Below, piece by piece: positions 9,325 to 18,825 of a DNA stretch of 64,000 nucleotides. How positions within the stretch are numbered: the stretch's first letter is position 1; each line of letters starts with the position of its first letter. Made by a program: the position numbers and the translations under genes. The notes beneath the pieces are model-generated. The model saw nothing but the letters and a program-made list of their open reading frames with translations, was not told the DNA's origin and ran no database searches. The stretch is taken from contig CAYMYB010000005.1 of the NCBI GenBank assembly GCA_964394575.1, positions 11,141 through 75,140 on the forward strand, read 5' to 3'. This stretch comes from an uncultured Rhodoluna sp. (lineage in GTDB: Bacteria; Actinomycetota; Actinomycetes; Actinomycetales; Microbacteriaceae).

Positions 9325-10395
9325 GTGAACAACCCCGATGGAGCAAGCAAAGTGGTCAAATCATCTAATCCTAAGAAGGCTGCTGCTCAGGCTGTCGCCT
9401 TCCTGGAAGTGCTTGAGACCGCAGGTGTTGTGTTGAACTCGGCTAATGAAGTTATTAGCCAGAGTTCTCAGGCCGAAAATATGGGGTTGGCTGAGTATGA
9501 GAAATTAACCAACGACGAATTACAAGAATTAGTCAATCTCGCAAGATCAGAAAAAAGCCCCCAGTCAGCGGAATTATTTTTTCAAAAGAATTTTAAAGCG
9601 CCAAAGCAGTTCATCGCGGCTAGGGCAACCATGCTAAGCGATGACCTAGTCATCCTGCTGGTTGAGGATAAAACCGAGGCTAAGCGCTTGGAAGATGTTC
9701 GACACGATTTTGTTGAGAATATCTCGCACGAGCTAAAAACGCCAATCAGCGCCATCTCGCTTTTAGCCGAGGCCTTGCAGGTTTCCCTCAGTGATCCAGA
9801 ACAAACTAAGAAATTTGCTGTAAACCTGCAACGCGAGGCAAAACGTCTTGGCAGCCTGGTAAACCGAATCATCGAGTTATCCAGAATCCAGGCCGGCGAT
9901 ATCGGCGGTGAAGCAAGCGTATTTGCCTTAGGTGATGTTATCGCCGAGTCAGTTGATGCCAATTTATTTTTAGCGGATCGACGAGACGTGAAATTAACTT
10001 TTGATGTTATCCCAGATGTGAAGATTTACGGTGATCGCGAACTAATTGGGATGGCGGTAAAGAACCTGATTGAAAACGCCATCGTCTATAGCGAACAAAA
10101 TTCACAGGTTGGAGTTGGACTTAGCTCGGATGGGGATTTCGCCGAGGTAACCGTGACCGATAACGGTATCGGCATCCCGGTTGATCAGCAGGAGCGCATC
10201 TTTGAACGCTTCTATCGGGTCGACCCATCTAGATCGAGGGAAACTGGTGGCACCGGGTTGGGTTTATCAATAGTTAAACACGCAGCACAAAATCACGGTG
10301 GTGAAGTTAGCGTCTTTTCCAGGGTCGGCTTAGGCTCCACCTTTACGTTGAAACTACCTATTTATAAGCAACCAAACGAAAGGCCAGAACTATGA
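9325..10395 (+). CDS. senX3: sensor histidine kinase SenX3/PhoR-like
   Basis: H-box SHELKTPISAI, N-box NLIENAIVYS, G-boxes DNGIGIP and GGTGLGLSIVK. GTG start. ATGA overlap with the downstream regulator gene. Confidence 0.8.
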   Translation: MNNPDGASKVVKSSNPKKAAAQAVAFLEVLETAGVVLNSANEVISQSSQAENMGLAEYEKLTNDELQELVNLARSEKSPQSAELFFQKNFKAPKQFIAARATMLSDDLVILLVEDKTEAKRLEDVRHDFVENISHELKTPISAISLLAEALQVSLSDPEQTKKFAVNLQREAKRLGSLVNRIIELSRIQAGDIGGEASVFALGDVIAESVDANLFLADRRDVKLTFDVIPDVKIYGDRELIGMAVKNLIENAIVYSEQNSQVGVGLSSDGDFAEVTVTDNGIGIPVDQQERIFERFYRVDPSRSRETGGTGLGLSIVKHAAQNHGGEVSVFSRVGLGSTFTLKLPIYKQPNERPEL

Positions 10396-11072
10396 CCACA
10401 GTTTTAGTTGTCGAAGATGAAATAAACATGCGCGAAGCATTGGTTTTTCTGCTCAGAAGTGAAGGCTACACAGTTTTGGAGGCGGAGGACGGTGAGCAGG
10501 GGCTGACTCTCTTTGCCGCCGAAGGTGCTGATTTGGTGCTATTGGATTTGATGCTGCCAAAACTAAGCGGTAAAGATGTTTGTAAGGCGATAAGGGCTCA
10601 GTCAGATGTGCCGATCATCATGCTTACCGCAAAGGACACCGAAATAGATAAAGTAATTGGTTTTGAAATCGGTGCAGATGATTATGTCACTAAGCCTTAT
10701 TCAAAGAACGAGTTGCTGGCGCGGATGAAAGCCGTGCTCAGAAGAAATGGTGGCCCGAAAGAAGCCGTTGATGGCATCTTGGAAGCTGGTCCGGTCCGTA
10801 TGGATATCGACCGGCACATCGTTTATTTCAAAGGCGAAAAAGTAAGCATGCCGCTAAAAGAATTTGAGCTTTTGGAATTGCTTTTGGAAAACAAAAACCG
10901 CGTTTTGACCAGAGGTCAGATTATTGATCAGGTCTGGGGTTCAAATTACTTCGGCGACACTAAGACTCTAGATGTCCACGTCAAACGACTTAGGTCAAAA
11001 ATTGAAGAGGATCCAGCCAGACCACAGCACCTACTCACTGTTCGAGGACTGGGCTACAAGTTTGAGGTTTAG
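10392..11072 (+). CDS. regX3: OmpR/PhoB-family response regulator RegX3-like
   Basis: Canonical receiver (VLVVEDE, LVLLDLMLP, MLTAKD, KPY) plus a winged helix (LTVRGLGYKF). Confidence 0.85.
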   Translation: MTTVLVVEDEINMREALVFLLRSEGYTVLEAEDGEQGLTLFAAEGADLVLLDLMLPKLSGKDVCKAIRAQSDVPIIMLTAKDTEIDKVIGFEIGADDYVTKPYSKNELLARMKAVLRRNGGPKEAVDGILEAGPVRMDIDRHIVYFKGEKVSMPLKEFELLELLLENKNRVLTRGQIIDQVWGSNYFGDTKTLDVHVKRLRSKIEEDPARPQHLLTVRGLGYKFEV

Positions 11073-11575
11073 TTAGTCGAAAGCGATTCGACTAATTCTT
11101 TATACTCCGGCAAGGTGTCATCAAGTACCGGAACGTTGATACGAACCGAACCCGAATCACTTTGAAGCAACACCTCTACGATGTCGCCGGCATTAGCGGC
11201 AAGTTTAATTTTTAGCGGTGGCTGGTTTTGATAACCGATGTTTACAACATCAAGTCCGGCAACGCTGTATTGCTGGAATACCCGCTCCCCGTCAGCGGTA
11301 TTAAATCCAATGTTGAACGTCTCAGCCGAAGAGCCCGAATTCACAAAAGCTCCGAAAAAGCCATAGTTTCCTTTGTTATCCACAAAGTAAATGAGATTTC
11401 TTGCTTTCACATTGCCAAGATCAGCTTGCGCTCCATCACTTGGGGCATACATCTCCAGTGAGGCAACCGGGCTGGCTAGATTGCAGCCTGTGGTGCCTAA
11501 AGCAGTGAGAAGTGCCAATGAACTAGCAATTAGAGCACGACGAATACGCAATTTTCCTCCTGAGCTTACCTCCAT
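11069..11575 (-). CDS. putative lipoprotein
   Basis: Signal peptide followed by the lipobox-like LGTTGC. No family recognised. Confidence 0.5.
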   Translation of the reverse strand: MEVSSGGKLRIRRALIASSLALLTALGTTGCNLASPVASLEMYAPSDGAQADLGNVKARNLIYFVDNKGNYGFFGAFVNSGSSAETFNIGFNTADGERVFQQYSVAGLDVVNIGYQNQPPLKIKLAANAGDIVEVLLQSDSGSVRINVPVLDDTLPEYKELVESLSTN

Positions 11576-11625
11576 TCTATCTTTGCTTGCTGTGGTAAAA
11601 TTGGGCTTTACGAAGGGAAAACCTA

Positions 11626-12192
11626 ATGTCTGTTACTCACGAATACAAAGGTGGAGTAGTTACTGTATTCCGAGATGGCAAATCGGTGATTACCTACGAA
11701 AAGGGGAAAATCGTTGTTTACCCTCACCACGGTGCCGCCAAAATTGTTGATATTAAGAAGCACATGCACCGCGGAGAAAATGTGCTCTCGCTGAAGCTTT
11801 TTGTTGAGCAGGGAAATCTAGAGATCTGGGTGCCGGTTAATAACTCAATCGATACCCAAGACGGGGTCAGCATTCGTGATGTGATTCAGCCAAAGGGTGT
11901 TCGCAAGGTGGAATCAATCCTGAAGGAAGAATTTATCGAGGAGCCAACCAACTGGTCCCGCAGATTCAAAGCAAACCAGGAAAAGCTAGCTTCCGGCGAC
12001 GTATACAAGGTGGCCGAAATCGTTCGAGACCTCTGGCGGCGTGAACAAGACCGCGGACTATCAGCCGGTGAAAAGCGTATGAAAACCAAGGCCATGCAGA
12101 TTCTCTGCTCCGAGCTAAAACTTGCACTAAAACTCGACGATGCTGGAGTTGAAGCCCACGTACTTAAGGTTTTGGCCAAAGGCGCAAAATAG
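11626..12192 (+). CDS. carD: CarD-family RNA-polymerase-binding transcriptional regulator
   Basis: VVYPHHGAAKIVDI core motif. Synteny carD-ispD/F-cysS-rlmB as in M. tuberculosis Rv3583c-Rv3579c. An in-frame GTG at 11686 would give a more canonical N-terminus (ITYEKGKIVVYPHHG). Confidence 0.85.
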   Translation: MSVTHEYKGGVVTVFRDGKSVITYEKGKIVVYPHHGAAKIVDIKKHMHRGENVLSLKLFVEQGNLEIWVPVNNSIDTQDGVSIRDVIQPKGVRKVESILKEEFIEEPTNWSRRFKANQEKLASGDVYKVAEIVRDLWRREQDRGLSAGEKRMKTKAMQILCSELKLALKLDDAGVEAHVLKVLAKGAK

Positions 12193-12213
12193 CCTTATTA
12201 GGAGGCAGTTGAG

Positions 12214-13362
12214 ATGAGTCGGGTTTCCGTAATTCTCGTGGCGGCTGGAGACGGAACTCGTCTAGGCCAAGGCATCGCCAAAGCCTTAGTTAAAGTACAG
12301 GGCCGAACTCTTCTAGAGCACGCGATTTCGCGCATCTTAGAAGTAAAGAATTTGAGCCAAATCGTAATTGCCTCACACGAGAATCACCTTGCGGAATTTG
12401 CCCAGGTTGGCAACAGGGCAGTTGCTGGTCGAGTCCAAGTTGATTACACGCCCGGCGGCAGTTCTCGGCAGGGTTCAATTTATAACGCCTTGCAAAAAGT
12501 TTCCTCGGATACCGATATCGTTTTGGTGCACGATGCGGCTCGCTGTTTTGCCCCAACTGAACTATTTGATCGGGTTGCAAAAGCTGTTGCCGAATATGGT
12601 TTCGGGGTCGTCCCAGTCTTGCCGATTGCGGATACTATCAAGCAAGTTGAAGCTGACGTAGTTTTAGCAACCGTGGATCGGGAGAATCTGCGCAGTGCAC
12701 AAACGCCTCAGGGTTTTCGATTTGTCGAGCTTTTCGAGAACTATCAGAAAGTCAACCAAGACTTCACCGATGATGCTGCGCTGATGCAGTCTTTTGGTGA
12801 AGTGATTCATGGCGTAGTCGGTGATGGCAGGGCTTTCAAGATTACCCACCCAGAAGACCTGGCATATGCAAATAGTCTTTCAAGACAACAGCGAACCGGG
12901 ATCGGAACTGATGTTCATCGCTTTTCTTCGGATGCTGCCAAGCCGCTGTATCTTGGTAGTGTCCTCTGGGAGAACGAAGTAGGGCTTGACGGACACAGCG
13001 ACGGTGATGCCCTGAGCCACGCGATTGTTGATGCGCTGCTCTCAGCTGCTGGGCTAGGAGACATCGGAACTGTCTTTGGTACCGATGATGAAAAATACGC
13101 TGGGGCTAATGGCAGAGTATTTCTTGAAGCCACGCTAGCCAAGCTAACCGAGTCTGGTTGGAGCGTAGTCAATGTCGGTGCTCAGATTATCGGGAACCGA
13201 CCAAAAGTAGCACCGATGCGCGAAGCAGTTGAAAAAGCGCTGAGTGAGATCATCGGCGCGCCGGTAAGCCTAGGCGCCACCACGACAGATGGATTGGGCT
13301 TTCTCGGTAACTCTGAGGGCGTAGCTGCAGTGGCAACAGCACTGATAGAAAGTAGGCTCTAG
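12214..13362 (+). CDS. ispDF: bifunctional IspD/IspF (MEP cytidylyltransferase / MEcPP synthase)
   Basis: The N-terminal half has VILVAAGDGTRLG and the C-terminal half has GIGTDVHRF...GHSDGDALSHAIVDALL. Both lie in a single uninterrupted 382-aa ORF. Confidence 0.9.
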   Translation: MSRVSVILVAAGDGTRLGQGIAKALVKVQGRTLLEHAISRILEVKNLSQIVIASHENHLAEFAQVGNRAVAGRVQVDYTPGGSSRQGSIYNALQKVSSDTDIVLVHDAARCFAPTELFDRVAKAVAEYGFGVVPVLPIADTIKQVEADVVLATVDRENLRSAQTPQGFRFVELFENYQKVNQDFTDDAALMQSFGEVIHGVVGDGRAFKITHPEDLAYANSLSRQQRTGIGTDVHRFSSDAAKPLYLGSVLWENEVGLDGHSDGDALSHAIVDALLSAAGLGDIGTVFGTDDEKYAGANGRVFLEATLAKLTESGWSVVNVGAQIIGNRPKVAPMREAVEKALSEIIGAPVSLGATTTDGLGFLGNSEGVAAVATALIESRL

Positions 13363-13364
13363 CC

Positions 13365-14735
13365 ATGGCGCTTGAGCTATTCGACTCCAAGCAGCAAAAA
13401 CTTCGCGAGTTTGTGCCACTAAGCCAAGGGCACGTGGAGATTTACCTCTGCGGCCCAACAGTTCAATCTGAACCGCACCTGGGCCATCTTCGAAGCGCTT
13501 TGGTCTATGACCTACTCAGACGTTGGTTGATGGCAACTGGCTACACGGTGACCCTGGTTCGAAACGTTACTGACATCGACGACAAAGTCTTAGTAAATGC
13601 GGGGAATCGCGATTGGCTTGAATTTGCCAGGGAAGTTGAGCAGAGTTTCAACGAAGCTTATTCAAGCCTAGGAATTTTGGAACCAACGCATAAGCCGTAC
13701 GCTACTGATCATATTCAAGACATGATTGAGCTAACTCAAAAATTGATTTCACTAGGTCACGCCTACCAAGCAGAAGATGGTAGTGCGAATGTATTTTTTG
13801 ACAGTTCGTCTTGGCCCGAATACGGGGAGTTAACCAATCAAAAACTTGAGAACATGGAAGGTGAAACAGATGCCAGTTTTGGTAGAAGATCACCAAATGA
13901 TTTCGCGCTATTCAAAGCACATAAATCCGATGAACCAGAAACTGCCTGTTGGCAAACTCCCTGGGGCTTGGCCCGACCTGGTTGGCATATCGAATGCTCG
14001 GCCATGGCAAAACACTTTCTCGGTGAATCTTTTGATATTCATGGTGGTGGACTGGATCTTCGCTTCCCGCACCATGAAAATGAGTTAGCTCAATCCAAAG
14101 CAGCTGGTGATCGTTTTGCTAATTTCTGGATGCATAACGCTCTTATCACCATCAACGGTAACAAGATGTCGAAAAGTTTAGGCAATGGAGTTAGCGTCGC
14201 CGAGCTAAGGCAACAGGGAAGCTGGGCAGCGATTCGCTACTGGCTGCTTTCGGCTAATTATCGTTCCAACCTGGATTATCAATCCGGTTCAATTCTCGAG
14301 GCCCAGGCCGCTCTAGATCGCATTATCGGCTTTATTAGACGAACAACTTTGCACCGTGATGTTGACCTCAAGTCACTACCGCAGAGTTTCATCGAGGCGA
14401 TGAACAGCGATCTAAACTTGCCCGAAGCATTGGCTATTCTGCATGAGAATGTTCGTTTGGGAAATCAGGCATTTGATGAGAATGATCCAAAGCTAACTGA
14501 AATATATGATTCGGTGCGTGCGATGGTTCACGTGCTGGGCTTGGATTTTGCTCTGGTGCGCCAGATCGTTGATCCGGAAAAGCTTGCCAAGATTGAAGAA
14601 TTGATTGCCAAGCGTAATAGCGCGAAGGCTCAAAAAGATTTCGCTCAAGCCGATAGCATTAGGGCTGAACTTCACGGCATGGGAGTGAGCATCAAGGACA
14701 TGCCGGATAAGACGATTTGGAGCATAGATGGCTAA
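13365..14735 (+). CDS. cysS: cysteine--tRNA ligase
   Basis: HLGH (HIGH) motif, WHIECS, HHENELAQ and the KMSKS motif are all present. Confidence 0.95.
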   Translation: MALELFDSKQQKLREFVPLSQGHVEIYLCGPTVQSEPHLGHLRSALVYDLLRRWLMATGYTVTLVRNVTDIDDKVLVNAGNRDWLEFAREVEQSFNEAYSSLGILEPTHKPYATDHIQDMIELTQKLISLGHAYQAEDGSANVFFDSSSWPEYGELTNQKLENMEGETDASFGRRSPNDFALFKAHKSDEPETACWQTPWGLARPGWHIECSAMAKHFLGESFDIHGGGLDLRFPHHENELAQSKAAGDRFANFWMHNALITINGNKMSKSLGNGVSVAELRQQGSWAAIRYWLLSANYRSNLDYQSGSILEAQAALDRIIGFIRRTTLHRDVDLKSLPQSFIEAMNSDLNLPEALAILHENVRLGNQAFDENDPKLTEIYDSVRAMVHVLGLDFALVRQIVDPEKLAKIEELIAKRNSAKAQKDFAQADSIRAELHGMGVSIKDMPDKTIWSIDG

Positions 14736-15756
14736 GAAACCAGGCCGCCCGGGTGCTAGGGCGAAAAAAGCTGCTCCGCGAGTCGGTAGTGGCGGTAACC
14801 GCCGTCAGGGTCTTGAAGGTAGAGGGCCAACTCCTAAGGCGGAGGATAGAAAGTATCATCCAGCCGCCAAAGCCAAAGCCGCCAAGCAGGCGCGTGCAGC
14901 GAAGGCTCCAAAGATTGCCAAAAAAGGCGAGTTCTTAGCCCCGACCAACAAGACAGCTGGTAACGCTGGGGGTGCAGCTAGATCCTCAAGACGTGTTCAA
15001 AAGGCAACTGATGCCAGTGAAGTGCTCTCTGGAAGAAATTCTGTGCTAGAAGCATTACGGGCTAAGGTTCCAGCAACCGGGCTATTCATCGCCAACCGAA
15101 TCGAAATAGATGACCGAGTCAAAGAGGCAATCAATCTAGCCAACACGCGCAATATAGCGGTGGCAGAAATCACTCGGCCTGAAATGGATCGCATGACAGG
15201 CTTCGATGCGGTGCACCAGGGCATAGCCCTGCAGGTCCCGCCTTATAACTATCAGCATCCCAGCGAAATGCTCGACAAGATTTTAGCTAGAGGGCAAAAG
15301 CCGCTGCTGGTGGCACTTGATGGAATCACCGACCCGCGCAACCTAGGTGCAATAATCCGATCGGTTGCAGCTTTCGGTGGTCAAGGTGTGATTGTTCCGC
15401 AACGTCGCTCTGTGGGTGTTACCGCCGCAGCTTGGAAGACTTCGGCTGGAGCTGCCGCTCGAATTCCAGTGGCACTGGCGGCAAATCTGAATGCCACAAT
15501 CAAAGAGTTTCAAAAGCGCGGGCTGTTTGTAATTGGCTTAGACGGTGGGGGAGATATGAGTCTGACCAGTTTCAAGCTTGGTAATGAGCCGCTACTACTT
15601 ATTATCGGCAGCGAGGGTAAAGGGCTTTCCAGGCTCGTTCAAGAAAACTGCGATGCCGTTCTCTCGATACCAATTGCCAAGGACACTGAATCGCTAAATG
15701 CGGGCATTGCCGCCTCGGTAGTTTTATATGAGGTAGCTAAAGCCAGAGCGCGTTAA
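14728..15756 (+). CDS. rlmB: 23S rRNA 2'-O-ribose (Gm2251) methyltransferase RlmB-like, with a Lys/Ala/Arg-rich N-terminal extension
   Basis: SpoU/TrmH C-terminal motifs (DGITDPRNLGAIIRS, LIIGSEGKGLS, IPI...ESLNAGIAASVVLYE). The first ~90 aa are low-complexity, basic and AKP-rich. Confidence 0.85.
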   Translation: MAKKPGRPGARAKKAAPRVGSGGNRRQGLEGRGPTPKAEDRKYHPAAKAKAAKQARAAKAPKIAKKGEFLAPTNKTAGNAGGAARSSRRVQKATDASEVLSGRNSVLEALRAKVPATGLFIANRIEIDDRVKEAINLANTRNIAVAEITRPEMDRMTGFDAVHQGIALQVPPYNYQHPSEMLDKILARGQKPLLVALDGITDPRNLGAIIRSVAAFGGQGVIVPQRRSVGVTAAAWKTSAGAAARIPVALAANLNATIKEFQKRGLFVIGLDGGGDMSLTSFKLGNEPLLLIIGSEGKGLSRLVQENCDAVLSIPIAKDTESLNAGIAASVVLYEVAKARAR

Positions 15757-15760
15757 ATAA

Positions 15761-15794
15761 ATAAATGGCCCAGTTTTCACTGGACCATTTATTT
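15761..15794. terminator. bidirectional hairpin between convergent rlmB and the ABC ATPase gene
   Basis: ATAAATGGCCCAGT / ACTGGACCATTTAT forms a 14-bp stem (one mismatch) with a TTTC loop and A/T-rich flanks on both sides. Confidence 0.6.
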
Positions 15795-15804
15795 AAATTA
15801 GAAC

Positions 15805-17004
15805 TTATTTCTTTTTTGGTGCAGCTTTCTTAACAGCCGGCTTAGCTACGGTCTTCGCCGCAGGCTTTTTAGCCGGCGCCTTCTTTACCGCAGCAGCTGG
15901 CTTAGCTACAGCTTTCTTTGGGCCGTCATCGTTTAGGCGAAGTCCGCTCTCAACATCAAACAGGTGTGTGATTCCGCCGGATGGCTTGAGATAAACCTTG
16001 TCACCGGAGCGAAGCGAGCTCTTTGAGCCGACTCTGGCGATGAAGTCAATTTCATTACCGTCAACCTGTGCACTGCCATACAAGAAGGCATCTGCACCGA
16101 GTTCCTCGATGATGCTAACGGTGACCTGAATACCTTCATTTTTGGTCACTACTAGATCCTCTGGGCGTACTCCGACAGTCATCTGCTTAGCCTTGGTCTT
16201 AGCCAAAACATTGGCTGGGACTTTTAGCGTCATGTTTCCAAACTGAACTCCACCGGTAACAACCTTGCTTGTGACTAGGTTCATCGCAGGGGAACCGATG
16301 AAGCCGGCCACGAACACATTGGCTGGACGCTCGTAAAGTTCACGAGGTGAGTCAACCTGCTGAAGCAGACCGTCTTTCAAAACTGCAACGCGATCACCCA
16401 TGGTCATCGCTTCTACCTGGTCGTGAGTAACGTAAACAGTTGTTACACCCAAACGTCGCTGCAACGATGCAATCTGAGTTCTAGTTTGAACACGAAGTTT
16501 CGCATCCAGGTTAGATAGCGGTTCGTCCATGAGGAATACCTCAGGCTTACGCACGATGGCGCGACCCATGGCAACACGTTGACGCTGACCACCGGAAAGT
16601 GCCTTCGGCTTGCGGTCTAGATATGGTTCTAGATCCAAAAGCTTGGCAGCTTCAAGAACGCGAGCGGCACGCTCTTCTTTCTTGACTCCGGCAATCTTAA
16701 GAGCAAAGCCCATGTTCTCTGCCACGGTCATGTGTGGGTAGAGCGCGTAGTTTTGGAACACCATCGCGATGTCACGGTCTTTAGGTGGGATGTTGGTGAC
16801 ATCTCGATCACCAATCAGGATGCGACCCTCATTGACTTCTTCCAAGCCAGCGAGCATACGCAGGGTTGTGGTCTTACCACAACCGGATGGACCGACGAGA
16901 ACTAGAAATTCTCCGTCTTTGACAGTCAACTTGATTTTGTCGACTGCCGGGCGAGTGCCACCTGGATAAAGCCGGGTAGCGTCCTCAAATGTTACAGTTG
17001 CCAA
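15805..17004 (-). CDS. sugar-type ABC transporter ATP-binding protein (MalK/MsiK/SugC-like) with a Lys/Ala/Pro-rich C-terminal tail
   Basis: Walker A GPSGCGKTT, signature LSGGQRQRV, Walker B FLMDEPLSNLD and a TOBE-like regulatory domain. The last ~39 aa are GPKKAVAKPAAAVKKAPAKKPAAKTVAKPAVKKAAPKKK. Confidence 0.9.
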   Translation of the reverse strand: MATVTFEDATRLYPGGTRPAVDKIKLTVKDGEFLVLVGPSGCGKTTTLRMLAGLEEVNEGRILIGDRDVTNIPPKDRDIAMVFQNYALYPHMTVAENMGFALKIAGVKKEERAARVLEAAKLLDLEPYLDRKPKALSGGQRQRVAMGRAIVRKPEVFLMDEPLSNLDAKLRVQTRTQIASLQRRLGVTTVYVTHDQVEAMTMGDRVAVLKDGLLQQVDSPRELYERPANVFVAGFIGSPAMNLVTSKVVTGGVQFGNMTLKVPANVLAKTKAKQMTVGVRPEDLVVTKNEGIQVTVSIIEELGADAFLYGSAQVDGNEIDFIARVGSKSSLRSGDKVYLKPSGGITHLFDVESGLRLNDDGPKKAVAKPAAAVKKAPAKKPAAKTVAKPAVKKAAPKKK

Positions 17005-17183
17005 TTTATTACTCCTTCAGCGGCAGGAACGAGCCGCACGATCCGTTGTGAATGGGGTCAAAGGGCCTTAAAAACCCTAAGTTTTTCTATTATCGCATTA
17101 CCCGAGGCTTGCCTTAGACTTAAGAGCCTATGCAGTTTTGGCCAGTCGGCCAGAACCCCAATCTTTATGAGGTGTCTAAACTT

Positions 17184-18026
17184 ATGTCGCTTAACCCGCG
17201 TCCAACCCGTTCCGAGCAACGTGAAGCCGCTAGGGCAAAGGCCCGTGAGCTAAGAGAAAAGCGCGCCAAAGGAGACAAGCGCAAGCGCTTTATCATCACT
17301 ACCTCGGTGACCCTGGCCATTGTCGGTGTCGTTGCCGGAGTCGCTTGGCTGATTTTCAGTTTTAGCCAGGAAGCGATCAACAATAGCGAAAACGCTAAGA
17401 AGAGCCCGGCCAACGTTACAGCACTCGGAGGAGTTTTAGTTGGGAAAGACCTGAAACTGGTCACCCCAGCTGAAGCGGCTAAGACCAACCACATTGTGAT
17501 TTATCAGGACTACCAGTGTCCGATCTGTCGACTTTTCGAAGAGCCAAACAACAGTCAGATTAAGACTTGGGCGGAAAAAGGTCTAGCCGTTATTGAGTAT
17601 CACCCAATTTCATTCTTGGATGGAGCTTCGCTAAATAATTATTCTTCCAGAGCGACCAACGCTGCATTCTGTGTTGCAAACTCACAGCCGAACAAATTCT
17701 TTGACGTGAATAACGCCCTCTATCGTAACCAGCCGGAGGAGAACACTTCTGGGCCTACCGATGCAGAGATCAAGGATACGCTCAGAAGCGTCGGTGTGGC
17801 GATGAGTAATGAGATGAACCAGTGTATTGATCAGAAGCGTTACGCGAAGTTCATTGATAACCGCACCAACGAAGCTTTTGCTCAAAATGCAGTTACCGGA
17901 ACTACCATCCCGCAGGGAACCCCACACATTCTGGTCAATGGCGTTCAATACACCTGGGCTGACACAGCGGCTGACCTACCTAACCCTGGTCGATTCGCTC
18001 AGTTCTTTGACCTACACAAGAAATAA
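17184..18026 (+). CDS. membrane-anchored DsbA-family thiol:disulfide oxidoreductase
   Basis: N-terminal basic region, then a TM helix (IITTSVTLAIVGVVAGVAWLIF), then a thioredoxin-fold CxxC (YQCPICRLFE). I preferred the ATG at 17184 over the track start at 17130. Confidence 0.7.
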   Translation: MSLNPRPTRSEQREAARAKARELREKRAKGDKRKRFIITTSVTLAIVGVVAGVAWLIFSFSQEAINNSENAKKSPANVTALGGVLVGKDLKLVTPAEAAKTNHIVIYQDYQCPICRLFEEPNNSQIKTWAEKGLAVIEYHPISFLDGASLNNYSSRATNAAFCVANSQPNKFFDVNNALYRNQPEENTSGPTDAEIKDTLRSVGVAMSNEMNQCIDQKRYAKFIDNRTNEAFAQNAVTGTTIPQGTPHILVNGVQYTWADTAADLPNPGRFAQFFDLHKK

Positions 18027-18041
18027 ATAAAGGAAACCAAA

Positions 18042-18434
18042 TTGAAGAAGTCATTTCTATCTATAGCAATTGCTGCGGTCCTAGCTTTCACTCTGGCCGC
18101 TTGTTCAACGCCAGGCGCTAAGCAGATCGTCCTAAACACTGCATCTGGAGAGAACCCAGCCCTTACCGTTGGTCAACGCGCTAACATCGTCGGTGATTTG
18201 GATCTATCTGATTCAGAGCTAAAAGAATTCACCATTCTGGTTGAAGAGAAAGCTCCTGGTGGTGACTGGACCGAGTTCCGAAACATCAAAGCTCGTCAAG
18301 GATCTACCAGCGTAGGCTTTGCTCTAATTAAGAACGAACCGGGCGACTACAAGTATCGTGCCACCTTAAGCGGAGAAGGCTACGGTCCATTTGTTTCAGC
18401 TGAACTGACCATCACCTATAAGGCAAAGAACTAA
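18042..18434 (+). CDS. putative lipoprotein
   Basis: Signal peptide with lipobox LAAC. No family recognised. Confidence 0.5.
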   Translation: MKKSFLSIAIAAVLAFTLAACSTPGAKQIVLNTASGENPALTVGQRANIVGDLDLSDSELKEFTILVEEKAPGGDWTEFRNIKARQGSTSVGFALIKNEPGDYKYRATLSGEGYGPFVSAELTITYKAKN

Positions 18435-18488
18435 TTCTCTTTTTAGCAATAAAAGAGCACTAAACTTTTCCTCGGATGTCTCATCCAA

Positions 18489-18564
18489 GCCGACCTGGCG
18501 CAATTGGTAGCGCATCGCACTTGTAATGCGAGGGTTAGGGGTTCGAGTCCCCTGGTCGGCTCCA
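18489..18564 (+). tRNA. tRNA-Thr (anticodon UGU), CCA encoded
   Basis: Hand-folded cloverleaf. Acceptor GCCGACC/GGTCGGC, D arm GCGC-AATTGGTA-GCGC, anticodon arm TCGCA-CTTGTAA-TGCGA, T arm AGGGG-TTCGAGT-CCCCT, 3' TCCA. Confidence 0.9.
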
Positions 18565-18571
18565 GAGTTTT

Positions 18572-18814
18572 CTAACTAGCCAAGAATTTCAGGGCATCAA
18601 AGACTAAAAAGGCTGGCCAGACCAAGGCTTTTAGTATTCCTAGAACACCCATCCAAAAGTCTGTCGCGGTGGACACGTAGTAGATGGCTGCACCTAAAGC
18701 ACCGAGAAAATACAATGGCCCACTGGTCTTGATGCTGACTGAGTTACCAGATAGGCGCTTTTTTAGCTTCTTTTTCATCTTCTTCTTGAATTTGTTTGAG
18801 TCGAAATCGTTCAT
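18572..18814 (-). CDS. small membrane protein with Lys-rich N-terminus
   Basis: 80-aa ORF: a basic N-terminus (KFKKKMKKKLKKR) followed by two hydrophobic helices. No family recognised. Confidence 0.4.
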   Translation of the reverse strand: MNDFDSNKFKKKMKKKLKKRLSGNSVSIKTSGPLYFLGALGAAIYYVSTATDFWMGVLGILKALVWPAFLVFDALKFLAS

Positions 18815-18825
18815 TTCAATGCCTC

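Noticed and set aside
17005-17183. 179-nt intergenic region upstream of the ABC ATPase and DsbA-like genes, with small palindromes (TGGCC-AGTC-GGCCA)
   Set aside because: It contains only short, weak inverted repeats. It is most simply a divergent promoter region, and nothing supports an RNA gene or a specific operator.
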